Counted from the stretch's first letter, positions 1-11,691 are shown. The stretch is DNA of 39,209 bases from a virus (IMGVR_UViG_3300025103_003469:1-39209), one strand, 5' to 3'. Translations and numbers: made by a program. The notes: generated from the letters alone by a model not told the origin.

Positions 1-2
1 CG

Positions 3-275
3 AGAATAAATACCGTAGATGGTTTAACTGAACAGCATATTAAAGCTTGGCATTGGCAAGTAAATGAAAAAGGTTGGGTAAATTATCCTGATTGGCAAGG
101 TCGTATTTTTCGTAACCGACCAAATATTCGTTGGGAAAAACCTGTACATGAACAACTAACAGGTTTTCAGACATATGCTCATTTACCAATGGAACAAAAG
201 TATTCTATTGTACATCCTAAAACGATAGATAGACAAATAAAACAAAATATGAAGTATAATGAAATATTGTTTTGA
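3..275 (+). CDS. 5'-truncated glycosyltransferase family 2-like protein (C-terminal part)
   Basis: Open frame 3 translated by hand: RINTVDG...WVNYPDWQGRIFRNRPNIRWEKPVHEQL, resembling the PDxQxRI...WxxxVHE region of beta-glucosyltransferase-type GT2s; TGA at 273-275. Not in the ORF track. Confidence 0.65.
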   Translation, partial: RINTVDGLTEQHIKAWHWQVNEKGWVNYPDWQGRIFRNRPNIRWEKPVHEQLTGFQTYAHLPMEQKYSIVHPKTIDRQIKQNMKYNEILF

Positions 276-567
276 TATAGATGGTACGATATGTACTACT
301 AATTGTCACTATAAAGATGCTAAACCATATCAAGAAGTTATTGATTGGATAAATAAAAAATACGATGAAGGTCATCAGATTACATTATTCACATCAAGAG
401 GAACATCTTCTGGTGAAGATTGGTTTTCTTTTACTTTAGAACAAGTAGAGGGGTGGGGTATAAAGTTTCATAGTCTAAAATTAGGTAAACCAGCATATGA
501 TTTGTTTATTGATGATAGAGCTATTAACAATGAAGATTGGTATAAAAAAGAAGGTTTGAGTGTATGA
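259..567 (+). CDS. HAD-superfamily phosphatase (capsule biosynthesis phosphatase-like)
   Basis: DIDGT motif I, FTSRG motif II, GKP...IDD motifs III/IV in a capless 102-aa protein. Confidence 0.75.
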   Translation: MKYCFDIDGTICTTNCHYKDAKPYQEVIDWINKKYDEGHQITLFTSRGTSSGEDWFSFTLEQVEGWGIKFHSLKLGKPAYDLFIDDRAINNEDWYKKEGLSV

Positions 568-1439
568 ATGTTTTATTGTTAGGTGCTGGCGGTCCTGCTT
601 GTCATGGTGCTATAAAATCATTACGGGATATTGATTTTGATGGAAAAATAGTTTCGGTAGATTGTAATCCTTTATCTGCTGGTTTTTATTTATCCGATTC
701 ATATTATATTGTACCTAAAGCTTCAGATGATACTTATATAGATGAATTGTTAAAGGTAGTAGAAAAAGAAAATATTGATATTATTTTACCAACAAGTTTT
801 AGTGAAATAGTTACCATAACAAAAAATTCGGATAGGTTTAATGGGGTTAATTTATTTATGTCAAATTATGAGTCGATAATGATTTGTTCGGATAAATTAA
901 AGTTCTATGAAAAATGTAAAGAAAATTTTCCATTCCCAAAATCTACTGATAAATTTATACCTGTTTTTGCAAAACCTCGTGATGGTAAAGGTAGCAGAGG
1001 TATAAAATTAATAGATGATTTTGAAGAAAATTATATTTACCAAGAGTATTTACCAGGAACAGAGTATACAATAGATGTTTTATCGGATATGAACTCTGAA
1101 GTATTATCTGTTATTCCAAGAGTTAGATTACAAACGAAAGCTGGTATATCTACAAAGGGTAAGATAGTTAGAAACGAAGTTATAGAAAAAGAATGTAGTG
1201 ATATAGTTAAGTTTTTAAATTTAAAAGGTGTTGTCTGTGTTCAAATGAAAGAAGATAAAGATGGGAATCCAAAGTTTATAGAAATAAATCCAAGATTCGG
1301 TGGTGGTACTTTTTTTACAACTCTTGCCGGTGTAAATTTTGTTAAGATAATATTGGATATAGTTGAAGGTAAAGAAGTGGAAGTACCAGAACCTAAAGAG
1401 ATAACTGTATTGAGATATTTTGATGAGGTAGTATGTTAG
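564..1439 (+). CDS. ATP-grasp ligase (CarB/PylC-like)
   Basis: KPRDGKGSRG, QEYLPGTEYTID and EINPRFGGG ATP-grasp motifs. Confidence 0.85.
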   Translation: MNVLLLGAGGPACHGAIKSLRDIDFDGKIVSVDCNPLSAGFYLSDSYYIVPKASDDTYIDELLKVVEKENIDIILPTSFSEIVTITKNSDRFNGVNLFMSNYESIMICSDKLKFYEKCKENFPFPKSTDKFIPVFAKPRDGKGSRGIKLIDDFEENYIYQEYLPGTEYTIDVLSDMNSEVLSVIPRVRLQTKAGISTKGKIVRNEVIEKECSDIVKFLNLKGVVCVQMKEDKDGNPKFIEINPRFGGGTFFTTLAGVNFVKIILDIVEGKEVEVPEPKEITVLRYFDEVVC

Positions 1440-2065
1440 ACTTATTTCTTGATGCTACTGATATAGTGTGTTTATCACCTCATCCAGATGATTGTGAATA
1501 CGCTGTTTCTGGTACTATATCAAAATATTACGATACTACTTTTTATGTAATAAATATTTCTTCTGGTGGTAAGTATAGTTCATATGGTGATCAAAGAATT
1601 GAAGAAGTAAAAAAGTTTTGGTCAAGTTATGATAATGTAGAATTAATATTTTTGGGAGTGGATTTTATCCGTGATGTTCAATGTGATTCTTTTATATCTA
1701 AAATAGAAAAGATATTATATCCTGATTGTTCTCCAAGTATAATCTTAACACCATCATTTGATGATACTCATCAAGACCATAGAAAAATAAATGAAATAGC
1801 AAATTCATTAACTAGAAGTAAAAAGATAGGGTTGGTGGAGTATATGACGCCAAGTACTAAAATAGGTTGGGTGCCAAATATGTTTGTGGATATTAATGAA
1901 CATATAAAGATTAAAAAAGAAAATTTATTTAACTCATTTAAAACTCAATTAGATAAGCCATATTTTACAGATAAAGTTTTTGATTCATATCATTGTAATT
2001 ATCAAACCATGAAACGTGATTTAGATAATGTGGAATTTTTTAAAGTAGGGGCATTGTATCAATGA
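1433..2065 (+). CDS. PIG-L/LmbE-family N-deacetylase
   Basis: SPHPDD and HQDH metal-binding motifs. Confidence 0.85.
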   Translation: MLDLFLDATDIVCLSPHPDDCEYAVSGTISKYYDTTFYVINISSGGKYSSYGDQRIEEVKKFWSSYDNVELIFLGVDFIRDVQCDSFISKIEKILYPDCSPSIILTPSFDDTHQDHRKINEIANSLTRSKKIGLVEYMTPSTKIGWVPNMFVDINEHIKIKKENLFNSFKTQLDKPYFTDKVFDSYHCNYQTMKRDLDNVEFFKVGALYQ

Positions 2066-2853
2066 AGAAAAATGTAGTATTCTGGATAGGTGTTAAGAAT
2101 GAAAAATATTCTCAAAAATATGGTGGATGGGAATGGATGGATATCACTAGAAAGTCTTGGGAATATTGGTGTAAAAAACATGATGTGATATTTTTTCCAA
2201 TGGAGAAGCCAATAGAAGAAGATTTAACTAAGTTTAGAATCAATTGGCAAAAAGCTATTTTTTGTTTTGATATATTAGATGAAGCTGGGATAGATTACGA
2301 CCAAATTTATTTAGTAGATGGGATGAATATAATTAAATGGGATACGCCAAATGTATTTGAATTGACAAATCATAAGTTTACTGCTTGGAGAGACACCGAT
2401 AACTTAGGGTGGACATATAAAAGTATAGTTGGGTATAATGATTTCTTTGGTGGTTATGAATTTGACAAACAGAAGTATTTTAGTTCAGGTTTGATAATTT
2501 TTAACGAACAACATAAAGAAGTTTTTCGGTCATTTAAAAAAATGTACCATAGAAATATAGATGAGTTTGTAGATTTACAAGATAGAATTGTTAGAAAGGG
2601 AACAGAACAAACTCCATTGAATTATCACATACAGATGAATAATGTTGAGATAAATTTAGATTTACCATTTACTTATAAACTTACACATATCCATCGAAAG
2701 GAAATGTTTAATCATAATTGGCAATTACCAGGTGAGACTACTCCATTTTTTATTAAATATGGTCATGTTTGGGGTTTTAGTGGATTGCCTAAAGATCAAA
2801 GAACTCAAATGATAAAACAAACTTGGAATATAGTAAAGGATAATTATGTCTAA
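2062..2853 (+). CDS. GT-A fold glycosyltransferase (GT8/GT34-like)
   Basis: WQKA, LVDG, YFSSGLIIFN, GTEQTPLN; visibly similar to 2846..3601. Confidence 0.65.
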   Translation: MKKNVVFWIGVKNEKYSQKYGGWEWMDITRKSWEYWCKKHDVIFFPMEKPIEEDLTKFRINWQKAIFCFDILDEAGIDYDQIYLVDGMNIIKWDTPNVFELTNHKFTAWRDTDNLGWTYKSIVGYNDFFGGYEFDKQKYFSSGLIIFNEQHKEVFRSFKKMYHRNIDEFVDLQDRIVRKGTEQTPLNYHIQMNNVEINLDLPFTYKLTHIHRKEMFNHNWQLPGETTPFFIKYGHVWGFSGLPKDQRTQMIKQTWNIVKDNYV

Positions 2854-3601
2854 TATTGTTTTTATAGTAAATTTACCAGAAACTAAAAAAGTTGATAGGA
2901 ACAAACCTTATCAGTTTTCAATTGATAGTTGGAAGAGATGGTGTGATGAGACGGGTAGAGCTAAGCTTGTTGTGTTAGATGAACGTATATATCCTGAAGA
3001 TTATATGAATGCCAACTGGCATAAACTATTCGTATTTCAATTACTTGAAGAAAGTGGTATAAGTTACAATCAAATACTCATAGCTGATGCTGATACAATT
3101 ATCCATCCTCAGTCTCCAAATCCTTTTGAATTGACAGATAATAAGTTTTCTGTTGTACCAAGCTATGGCAGTTTTGATTGGGTGTGTCGAAGTATAGAGA
3201 ATTATAAGAAGCATTTATTTCCTGATATTGATGTACCACTTTGGGAATATTTTAATTCTGGTATCATCATTTGTAATAAAAAACATAAAGATTTTTATGA
3301 TAAGATAATTGATTTTTACTTGGATAATAGAGATAATATTGTTAAATTACAAGAAACCTATGGTGTTGGAACTGATCAACCTATACTTAACTTTTTCGTT
3401 CAAAAAGAAAATGTTGATTGTAAGTATTTACCATACGAATGGAACATGCAAGATATGAATAGAACTGAGTTATTAGATGAAGATTTGACTTTTACAAAGA
3501 TAGGTTGGATTTATCATTTTAATGGGATACCAAATAATAAAGAAGATAGATTAACTTTACATTGGATGAAAAAAACATACGAGCATTTTTATGGCAACTA
3601 A
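2846..3601 (+). CDS. GT-A fold glycosyltransferase (GT8-like)
   Basis: DAD (DxD) motif, YFNSGIII, DQPILN, IYHFNG. Confidence 0.75.
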   Translation: MSNIVFIVNLPETKKVDRNKPYQFSIDSWKRWCDETGRAKLVVLDERIYPEDYMNANWHKLFVFQLLEESGISYNQILIADADTIIHPQSPNPFELTDNKFSVVPSYGSFDWVCRSIENYKKHLFPDIDVPLWEYFNSGIIICNKKHKDFYDKIIDFYLDNRDNIVKLQETYGVGTDQPILNFFVQKENVDCKYLPYEWNMQDMNRTELLDEDLTFTKIGWIYHFNGIPNNKEDRLTLHWMKKTYEHFYGN

Positions 3602-4595
3602 ACTAAATAAAAAATATGTAATCGGAACTCACGTTATGTGGTTCGAGATTGAAATGTATGCCGACTTTATCGATGGTATGGTAAATCTATTGGAAACTGT
3701 AGAAAATAAAGAAAATGTAACTATTGATTTATGTTTTAATCTATTAGAACATTTTGAAAAAGTCGATATCGATAAAATCAAAAAACACGAGTTACTTATT
3801 AAGTTTAATAAAGGTGTGGCTACATTAGAGGATATGGGATTTATTGTCAATCAACAAATTAAAGATGGTGACGAGTTCTACTTTCATGCGGATTATAGAA
3901 GAGATTTGAACTACAATTATTGTAAAAAAGTTGATTATGTAATGTGGGGTGAAACGGATAGTTTTTTTCCAAGAGAAGCATTTCAAGTGATAGAAACCCT
4001 AGCAAACTATACTAATGAACAAAATATTCATAGGTATCTGTTGAGTTTTTCTGATAGAAAGATGTGGGACGCTAGTTGGGATCCTTTAGTTCATCTTGAT
4101 TATCGAGACTTAGAGTTTGTAGATGATAAGGATGGTCATTTAAATCCAAATCAAGCAAAATCACCAATGTCGATTGAAAAAATGAATGAAATAAATGGTA
4201 AGGTTGATGATTTTGATTTTTCATATATTAATTATCCTAAACTAAGTGGTGCTTGTTTGGTATTATCATCGGACTTTATTAAATCAGGTATTAATATTCC
4301 ATCTTGTTTATTGTACAATGATGATGAGGGACTATCAATTATGTCACAAAAATTGATGGGAGATAACTACTTACAATTTATATGTCAGAATATTTTACAC
4401 GTTCATGCAAGAAGACACCCTCGGAAAAGGATGTATGTCAAAGATGAAGATAATCCATATTCTTTTTTAAATAAAAAGAATAATGATTTTCAAAAGTTTT
4501 TAAAAATGTCAAAAGAAAATATACAGACTCTTGCGAATGGTAATGGAAAATTTAAAGAGTATAATGATTTAAAAAACGAATTGGAGTTAAAATGA
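3591..4595 (+). CDS. Hypothetical protein, probable GT-A fold glycosyltransferase
   Basis: WGETD DxD-like motif, late HVH motif, operon context. Confidence 0.45.
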   Translation: MATKLNKKYVIGTHVMWFEIEMYADFIDGMVNLLETVENKENVTIDLCFNLLEHFEKVDIDKIKKHELLIKFNKGVATLEDMGFIVNQQIKDGDEFYFHADYRRDLNYNYCKKVDYVMWGETDSFFPREAFQVIETLANYTNEQNIHRYLLSFSDRKMWDASWDPLVHLDYRDLEFVDDKDGHLNPNQAKSPMSIEKMNEINGKVDDFDFSYINYPKLSGACLVLSSDFIKSGINIPSCLLYNDDEGLSIMSQKLMGDNYLQFICQNILHVHARRHPRKRMYVKDEDNPYSFLNKKNNDFQKFLKMSKENIQTLANGNGKFKEYNDLKNELELK

Positions 4596-5551
4596 AAAGA
4601 GCATTAATTACAGGTATTAACGGAATGGATGGTAGTTATCTAGCTGATTTACTTTTAGAAAAAGGTTACGAAGTATATGGTATGGAACGCCGTTCATCGT
4701 CTAAGAATAGAACCAACACAGGTCATCTCGAAGGTAAAGTTACTTTCGTTAATGGTGATTTGACAGACCAAAATTCTTTATTGAGATGCTTGAAAGAATC
4801 TGATCCAGATGAAATTTATAATTTAGGTTCACAATCATTTGTAGGAGAGAGTTGGAATACTCCAGAACAAACAAGTGATGTTACTGGTATGGGTGTATTA
4901 AGAATGTTGGAAGCTATCAGAGAGTATGGCAAAGATATAAAGTTTTATCAAGCGTCAACATCTGAAATGTTTGGTAAGATGGTAGAGAATCCAGCTAAAG
5001 AAACTACACCATTTTATCCACGTTCACCTTATGGAGTTGCTAAATTATATGGTCATTGGATGACAAAGAACTACAGAGAGTCTTACGATATGTTTAATGT
5101 TAGTGGTATTTTATTTAACCACGAATCAGAAAGAAGGGGTATCGAGTTTGTTACGAGAAAGGTAACTGATGGTGTAGCTCGTATTCATTTGGGATTACAA
5201 GATTATATTACTTTGGGTAATTTAGATTCCAAACGAGATTGGGGATATTCACCTGATTATGTGGAGTCAATGTGGTTAATGCTACAACAAGATGAGCCAG
5301 ATGATTATGTAATTGCCACAGGTGAAACCCATACAATTAGAGAGTTTTTAGATATTGCGTTTAAGTGTGTTGATATAGATGATTGGGATAAATATGTAAA
5401 GCAGGATCCAAGATTTATGAGGCCTGCTGAGATAGATGTTTTATGTGGTGATTCTACAAAGGCACGTGAAGTTTTGGAGTGGAGTCCGAGAACTTCTTTT
5501 GAAGAAATGGTATCTAGGATGGTTAAAAATGATATAGAGTTATTGTCTTGA
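4592..5551 (+). CDS. gmd: GDP-mannose 4,6-dehydratase
   Basis: [56 protein letters not shown]. Confidence 0.95.
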   Translation: MKRALITGINGMDGSYLADLLLEKGYEVYGMERRSSSKNRTNTGHLEGKVTFVNGDLTDQNSLLRCLKESDPDEIYNLGSQSFVGESWNTPEQTSDVTGMGVLRMLEAIREYGKDIKFYQASTSEMFGKMVENPAKETTPFYPRSPYGVAKLYGHWMTKNYRESYDMFNVSGILFNHESERRGIEFVTRKVTDGVARIHLGLQDYITLGNLDSKRDWGYSPDYVESMWLMLQQDEPDDYVIATGETHTIREFLDIAFKCVDIDDWDKYVKQDPRFMRPAEIDVLCGDSTKAREVLEWSPRTSFEEMVSRMVKNDIELLS

Positions 5552-6588
5552 TAAAAATAAAAATATTCAACCCATTGGCTGGAAAAAATAGGATATCCTT
5601 TCAAGGGTTTTTGATGATGCAAAATATGTTGAAGGATTACAGTATCGAGTTGACAGAATCGGATGACTTTGATTATGCGTTTTTGGGTGCTGATGATATA
5701 CTTGATAAGTCTATTGGACTACAAGAAAGTATAGAGTATGGATTAAAAAATATAGATAAGTATGCTCGTGGTGGGGATTGTTTTATATTTGATGGTTCAG
5801 ATTCAACTTCTCTGATGGGTTCTTACGAAGTGTTAGAGCAGAGTGATGCTAGGTTTTTATTTAAAAATCAGACATTAAAAAATCGTGAAGACTATAAAGA
5901 AAAAACATCATTTAATAAATGGTTCTTTGGTAATGGTTCTGATTTAGATTTGGGATATGATATATCAGAAGAGAATTGGAGTAGAATAAAACTGTCAGGT
6001 TGGAACTTAGGTTATATGGCACCTCAAGGTTTTAGACCAGAAGTTCAGACGTGGCATTCCATCAATCCAAATAAGACGATAGATTTATCTGCTATATATT
6101 CTGCTGACCATAAACCTAGTAGTGACCATTATGCTGAGAATGCTTCATATTATATGAATCATAGACATGGTGCTTGGAATGTTATTGGTGATAATCCAGG
6201 TTATACTTTTCGTAAAGATAAATTACCTTATCAAGAATACATTCAATCTCTGTATCAATCCAAAATGGCTCTGTCACCATTCGGCCAAGGAGAAGTTTGT
6301 TATCGTGATTTTGAAATACCTGAGTTTGGTGTTGTTATGATTAAACCTACTATGGAAAAAGTTAGTACTCACCCTAATCCTTATATAGAGAATGAAACTT
6401 ATATACCTGTTGATTTGGATTGGAAAAATTTAAATGAAATTGTAATAAAAATGCTTGATAGTCCTGATAAATTGTCGTATATTATAGACAATAATAGAAA
6501 GGTTTATGATGAGTTATATTCAGCTCATAACTTTTGTATGTATTGGTATGACTTTTTTGTAAATTTAAGTGGAGTAGAAAATGAGTAA
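5548..6588 (+). CDS. Probable GT-B fold glycosyltransferase
   Basis: C-terminal [19 protein letters not shown] motif; TTG start overlapping the gmd stop. Confidence 0.6.
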   Translation: MIKIKIFNPLAGKNRISFQGFLMMQNMLKDYSIELTESDDFDYAFLGADDILDKSIGLQESIEYGLKNIDKYARGGDCFIFDGSDSTSLMGSYEVLEQSDARFLFKNQTLKNREDYKEKTSFNKWFFGNGSDLDLGYDISEENWSRIKLSGWNLGYMAPQGFRPEVQTWHSINPNKTIDLSAIYSADHKPSSDHYAENASYYMNHRHGAWNVIGDNPGYTFRKDKLPYQEYIQSLYQSKMALSPFGQGEVCYRDFEIPEFGVVMIKPTMEKVSTHPNPYIENETYIPVDLDWKNLNEIVIKMLDSPDKLSYIIDNNRKVYDELYSAHNFCMYWYDFFVNLSGVENE

Positions 6589-7588
6589 ATTTGCTTTTAT
6601 TGTTGATGCTTGCGCAGTACCATCTTATTATGTTAAGTCTGGTAAAGGTTATAAATATAATGGTAATGAATTACTAGTTGACCATTCCGCTTGTTTTTCA
6701 AATTCAACTATGATTGGTATGTGGTCTTATCCATTTATATTTGATGGTTGTTTTTTGAATTGGTCAGAGTGGGGAGATTCTTTACCTGATTATGAATTAG
6801 AGACTATTATAGTTGCTATAGAAAAGAATTTTGATTTATATACTGTAAAAAAATTAAGAGATAAATATCCTAATGCTGTTATTATTGGTATGATAAAAGA
6901 AATATTTGTAGGACAATCTACTTCATATGGTCCAACTGCCAATTTTGATAGCGAGAAACATAAAAAGAGAATAGAATTTTTAAATCAATGTGATGCTATA
7001 ATTCAACCATTTCCAAAACTTGAAGAATCACCGTTAACTCATTTGATTAATGATTGTAGTGATAAGAATATAGTATATGTTCCTTTTCCTGTTGATGTTG
7101 ATTATATATATGATAAGTTTTATAAAGAAGACAGGTTTGAAAGTATATTTGTTTATACCACACCAATACATGGAAGAAGATCAAATACTTTAGAATTTGC
7201 TAAATATATAAGTGATAAATATGGTATTCCATATCATGAAAAACCAAAACAAACAAATGGGTTTAATGTACAATTAAATCAATTTTATGAATCTTGGTCT
7301 AAATGTACTTTTCATTTTAATCTTGATCCGGTTGATTGGTTTCCAGGATCACAAGCTGTACAGGTAGCTTCTGCTGGTGTTATAAATGTGGGTGGTTTAA
7401 ATGATAGTCATGTTCATTTGTTTCCAGAGTTAGCTACTAATGATACTAATATTTTAGAAACGAAAATAAATAAAATAATTACGAATCAACAGTTTAGAAT
7501 TGATGTAATGACCTATGCTTTTGATAAGGTACAAGAATTATACAGCTTTAATACTGTAAGAGAACAAATTGGGAGTATTTTATCATGA
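6581..7588 (+). CDS. Hypothetical protein, possible GT-B fold glycosyltransferase
   Basis: 335-aa ORF coupled to both neighbours; GT-B-like C-terminus. Confidence 0.4.
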   Translation: MSKFAFIVDACAVPSYYVKSGKGYKYNGNELLVDHSACFSNSTMIGMWSYPFIFDGCFLNWSEWGDSLPDYELETIIVAIEKNFDLYTVKKLRDKYPNAVIIGMIKEIFVGQSTSYGPTANFDSEKHKKRIEFLNQCDAIIQPFPKLEESPLTHLINDCSDKNIVYVPFPVDVDYIYDKFYKEDRFESIFVYTTPIHGRRSNTLEFAKYISDKYGIPYHEKPKQTNGFNVQLNQFYESWSKCTFHFNLDPVDWFPGSQAVQVASAGVINVGGLNDSHVHLFPELATNDTNILETKINKIITNQQFRIDVMTYAFDKVQELYSFNTVREQIGSILS

Positions 7589-8382
7589 AGATAGGATTAG
7601 TTGGAATTGGCGTTGTGGGTGGTGCACATAAGTTTGGATTTGAAAAATTAGGTCATGATGTTAGTTTTCATGATACGGCTTATGATACTAAATTAGAGGA
7701 TGTATTAGATACAGAGGTTGTTTATATTTGTGTTCCAACACCATCAACTCCAGATGGACAATGTGATACTTCAATTGTAGAAGAAGTCGTTAGAGATTTA
7801 GTCCAAGCTGGATATTCAGGTGTTATTGCAATAAAATCTACGATTAAACCTGGAACAACACAAGAAATGTGTATAACATATAATACACATCAAATTTGTT
7901 TTTGTCCTGAGTTTTTACGAGAAAGATCAGCTGAAACTGATTTTATAGAACATAATACATTATTAGCAATTGGAACAGATGATGATGAGGTTTATGATAT
8001 AGTAAAAAGAAGTCATGGTGATTATCCTAAAAATTTTGTGAAGATGACTTCAACTGAATGTGAAATTTTAAAATATTATTCGAATGTTTATAACGCTTTG
8101 AGAGTTATTTTTGCTAATTCAATGTATGAATTGTGTAATAGTTTTGATGCTGATTATGATATGATAAAAAATTCATTTGTCAAAAGAGGAACTTCAACTG
8201 GTAAGTATTTAACGGTTAATAAAAAATGGAGAGGTTATGGTGGAGTTTGTTTACCTAAAGATACTAAGGCTATTATTTCTTTGGTTGAACAATTAGGATT
8301 AGATTTAGATTTATTTAAAACAATAGATAATGAGAACGATAAGTTTTTAACTACCGTTCCGGGGGGTATGAGAGATGAGTAA
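7585..8382 (+). CDS. ugd: UDP-glucose/GDP-mannose dehydrogenase family, short two-domain form
   Basis: GIGVVG, ICVPTP, KST, PEFLRE, GYGGVCLPKD with catalytic Cys. Confidence 0.85.
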   Translation: MKIGLVGIGVVGGAHKFGFEKLGHDVSFHDTAYDTKLEDVLDTEVVYICVPTPSTPDGQCDTSIVEEVVRDLVQAGYSGVIAIKSTIKPGTTQEMCITYNTHQICFCPEFLRERSAETDFIEHNTLLAIGTDDDEVYDIVKRSHGDYPKNFVKMTSTECEILKYYSNVYNALRVIFANSMYELCNSFDADYDMIKNSFVKRGTSTGKYLTVNKKWRGYGGVCLPKDTKAIISLVEQLGLDLDLFKTIDNENDKFLTTVPGGMRDE

Positions 8383-9403
8383 TATATTAGTTACAGGAGA
8401 TAGAGGTTTTATAGCTGGCTATCTAATAGAAAAATTATTAAATGAGAATCATACTGTTATAGGTATTGATAATGATTGGAAGTATGGATTTCAAGAAAAA
8501 AGTTTTGATAATCATAAAAATTATATTCATTACGATGGTGATGTGAAAGATGTTAATTTATTGACATCTATTTTAGAAAAACATAAAGTTGAATATTTTA
8601 TAGCAGCAGCAGCTTGGATAGGTGGTATATCTTTCTTTCATAAGTTAGCATATGATTTACTAGCAGAAAACGAAAGAATATTTGCTTCAGCATTTGACTC
8701 TGCTATATTTGCTCATAAAAATTTATCTTTAAAGAAAATAGTTGTAATATCATCTTCAATGGTGTTTGAAAATACAAAAGTATATCCAACACCAGAATCT
8801 GAAATTAGTAATTGTCCACCACCTGATTCTACTTATGGATTTCAAAAATTAGCAACAGAATACTTCTGTAGAGGCGCTTGGGAACAATATCAACTACCAT
8901 ATACTATTGTTAGGCCTTTTAATGCTGTTGGGATAGGAGAGAAGAGGGCTAAGTTAGATGAGGAAGTTAAATCAGGAAATATAAAACTTGCTTTTAGTCA
9001 TGTGGTTCCTGATTTGATACAAAAAATATATAAAGGACAGAACCCTTTATATATTTTAGGTAACGGTAAACAAGTTAGACACTACACATATGGTGGTGAC
9101 ATAGCTGATGGTATTTATGAGTGTATTTTTAATCCAAAATCAGTTAATGAGGATTTTAATATTTCTAATAGTGTATCTACTGATGTATTAACTTTAGCTG
9201 AAATGATATGGGACAAGTTAAATATTGAAAGTGAGTTTCAATATGTATGTGATGACCCGTTTTCATATGATGTTCAGAAAAGAGTTCCGGATGTAAGTAA
9301 GGCTAAAGAACTTTTAGGTTTCGAAGCAAAGACAGATTTAAATTCTATCTTAGATGAAGTTATTCCTTGGGTTTGTAAAATGGTAGACGAAAATCAGATA
9401 TGA
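8375..9403 (+). CDS. NAD-dependent epimerase/dehydratase (extended SDR)
   Basis: TGDRGFIA, SSS, YGFQK (YxxxK), RPFN. Confidence 0.85.
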   Translation: MSNILVTGDRGFIAGYLIEKLLNENHTVIGIDNDWKYGFQEKSFDNHKNYIHYDGDVKDVNLLTSILEKHKVEYFIAAAAWIGGISFFHKLAYDLLAENERIFASAFDSAIFAHKNLSLKKIVVISSSMVFENTKVYPTPESEISNCPPPDSTYGFQKLATEYFCRGAWEQYQLPYTIVRPFNAVGIGEKRAKLDEEVKSGNIKLAFSHVVPDLIQKIYKGQNPLYILGNGKQVRHYTYGGDIADGIYECIFNPKSVNEDFNISNSVSTDVLTLAEMIWDKLNIESEFQYVCDDPFSYDVQKRVPDVSKAKELLGFEAKTDLNSILDEVIPWVCKMVDENQI

Positions 9404-10107
9404 AAGTAGGATTTGCTATAACATCTCATTATTCTGATGAAATAAGACCACAAGGGCGAGAGATATTAGATAGGCTTATTGAATCTATAATCACAAATTG
9501 TGAATATGATTTTAACATAGTAATAGTTGATAATCAATCTGAACATGAGTTGTCATATCCAGATGATGATAGAATATCATATATTAGAATAGATGACCAA
9601 TATGAAAAGGGGTTGACTGGTGCTTGGAATGTAGGTATAAAGGAGTGTTATGATTTAGGTTGTAAATTAATCTTAAACTGTAACGATGATTTATGGTTTG
9701 ACGATAGTATAAATAAGTTAATTGGTTATGTTGAAAATGATATGAATGAAGATATAGTGTATACCGCTTTAACTGATGGTATTTGGAATCACCCTCAACA
9801 GTCAGATAAACCACAAAGTGGTACACATACATTACATTGTGGGGGTGATATGAATAATACTGTTGCTGGATTTTTCTTTGGTTTTACTAATGAACATTAT
9901 GATAAGTATAAGTTTACAGAAGATGAATATTTTAACAAAGATAATAAATATAATGGTGGAGATGGAGTATGGGGTGGACAAGAAGGTCAGTTTCAAGAAA
10001 ATGCTGAGAAGGGTATGTGTGGTTTGATAGTAAAAGAATGTTTTGTTAAACATGACAAGTTTAGACATTGGATAAAAGCAAGGAACGTGCAAAATGAAAA
10101 GAAGTGA
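9400..10107 (+). CDS. Glycosyltransferase family 2-like
   Basis: IVIVDNQS, GLTGAWNVG, CNDD. Confidence 0.75.
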   Translation: MKVGFAITSHYSDEIRPQGREILDRLIESIITNCEYDFNIVIVDNQSEHELSYPDDDRISYIRIDDQYEKGLTGAWNVGIKECYDLGCKLILNCNDDLWFDDSINKLIGYVENDMNEDIVYTALTDGIWNHPQQSDKPQSGTHTLHCGGDMNNTVAGFFFGFTNEHYDKYKFTEDEYFNKDNKYNGGDGVWGGQEGQFQENAEKGMCGLIVKECFVKHDKFRHWIKARNVQNEKK

Positions 10108-10693
10108 TATAATAAGTTTTTTTATAGATAAATTTAAATATAAAACTTATTTAGAAATAGGTGTTGATCGTGGCTTGACTTTTAACGATATAAAAATAGA
10201 CTCAAAGATTAGCGTAGATCCTGGTGATGGTCGATATTCTTACGCTAAACCAACTTATAAAGTCACATCAGATGAGTTTTTTGAGAATATATGTAAAGAA
10301 AAGCGGTTTGATATAATATTCATAGATGGCCTACATCATTCTGACCAAGTAGATAAAGATATAAAAAACTCTTTAAATGTGCTTAATTTGAATGGTATGA
10401 TTTTATTAGATGATGTTAACCCATTACAAGAAGAGTATCAGATAGTCCCAAGACAAAAGGGGGGGTATTGGAATGGAGATGTTTGGAAAAGTATTGTTCA
10501 ATATAGGAATGAATCAAATAGTTTTGGATGTGTGTCTTACCAAGTAGATGAGAATATAACTTTTTCATTTATTAAAGAAACGATACAGAGTAATTTTAGT
10601 TTACAAGTTCCATCTGAGTTAACCTATAGTTGGTTTAATGAAAATAGAAAAGATGCTTTAGGATTGATGGATGATTTTAGGAGTATACAATGA
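10094..10693 (+). CDS. Class I SAM-dependent methyltransferase (Methyltransf_24-like, probable sugar O-methyltransferase)
   Basis: YLEIGV, FDIIFIDGLH, WNGDVWK. Confidence 0.8.
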   Translation: MKRSDIISFFIDKFKYKTYLEIGVDRGLTFNDIKIDSKISVDPGDGRYSYAKPTYKVTSDEFFENICKEKRFDIIFIDGLHHSDQVDKDIKNSLNVLNLNGMILLDDVNPLQEEYQIVPRQKGGYWNGDVWKSIVQYRNESNSFGCVSYQVDENITFSFIKETIQSNFSLQVPSELTYSWFNENRKDALGLMDDFRSIQ

Positions 10694-11691
10694 AAATGTT
10701 AATAACAGGTGTAGCTGGTCTTTTAGGTTCAAGATTAGCTGATTGGATAATAGAAAATACTGAACATGATATTGTTGGTGTAGATGATTTGAGTGGTGGG
10801 TACATGGAAAATGTACACGAAAAAGTAGAGTTTCATCAGTTTGATATATCAAATGAAAACACTTTTGAAAAGTTAGTAGAATCTACAAGACCAAATGTCA
10901 TATATCATTTTGCTGCTTATGCCGCTGAAGGTTTAAGTCCTTTCATGAGGTCTTTTAACTATAAAAATAATTTAATGTCTACTGCGAAGGTGATAAATGC
11001 TAGTATAAACCATGATGTACAGAGATTAGTATTTACATCTACAATGGCAGTTTATGGTCATGGTAATCCACCTTTTGATGAGAATGATATTCCATCTCCT
11101 ATAGATCCTTATGGTGTAGCAAAGTATGCTTGTGAAATGGATATTAAAATAGCAGGTGAGCAACATGGATTGGATTGGTGTATTATCAGACCACATAATG
11201 TTTATGGTGAGAAACAAAACATATGGGATAGATATAGAAATGTTTTAGGTATATGGATGTATCAATATATGAATGGTGATAATATGACTATATTTGGTGA
11301 TGGTAAGCAGAAGAGAGCATTTAGTTATATAGGTGATTGTTTAGAGCCTTTGTACAAAGCAGGATTTGATGAGAGAGCATCCAAGGAAATAATAAATCTT
11401 GGTAGTGGTACATTTTATACAATTAACGAAGCGTGCGAAATCTTGAAGGGTGTAATTCAAGGTGGTAGTTCTATATATCTTGAATCAAGACACGAGGTTA
11501 AGAATGCCCACCCGACTTGGGAAAAGTCTATGGATATATTACAATATGAAGATAAAACTGATTTGAAAAATGGTCTTAAAAAAATGTGGTCTTGGGCACA
11601 AGAACAAGCTGATAGAAAAAGGAAACATTGGGAAATATATGAAGTTGAGAAAAAAATATATAAATTTTGGAGAAAAAATGAAAAGAAATAA
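10690..11691 (+). CDS. NAD-dependent epimerase/dehydratase (GalE-like)
   Basis: TGVAGLLG, DDLSGG, YGVAK, RPHNVYG. Confidence 0.85.
   Translation: MKMLITGVAGLLGSRLADWIIENTEHDIVGVDDLSGGYMENVHEKVEFHQFDISNENTFEKLVESTRPNVIYHFAAYAAEGLSPFMRSFNYKNNLMSTAKVINASINHDVQRLVFTSTMAVYGHGNPPFDENDIPSPIDPYGVAKYACEMDIKIAGEQHGLDWCIIRPHNVYGEKQNIWDRYRNVLGIWMYQYMNGDNMTIFGDGKQKRAFSYIGDCLEPLYKAGFDERASKEIINLGSGTFYTINEACEILKGVIQGGSSIYLESRHEVKNAHPTWEKSMDILQYEDKTDLKNGLKKMWSWAQEQADRKRKHWEIYEVEKKIYKFWRKNEKK

Noticed and set aside
10458-10465. Poly-G tract as a phase-variation site (another lies near 26152)
   Set aside because: Short, in frame, and explained by consecutive Gly codons.
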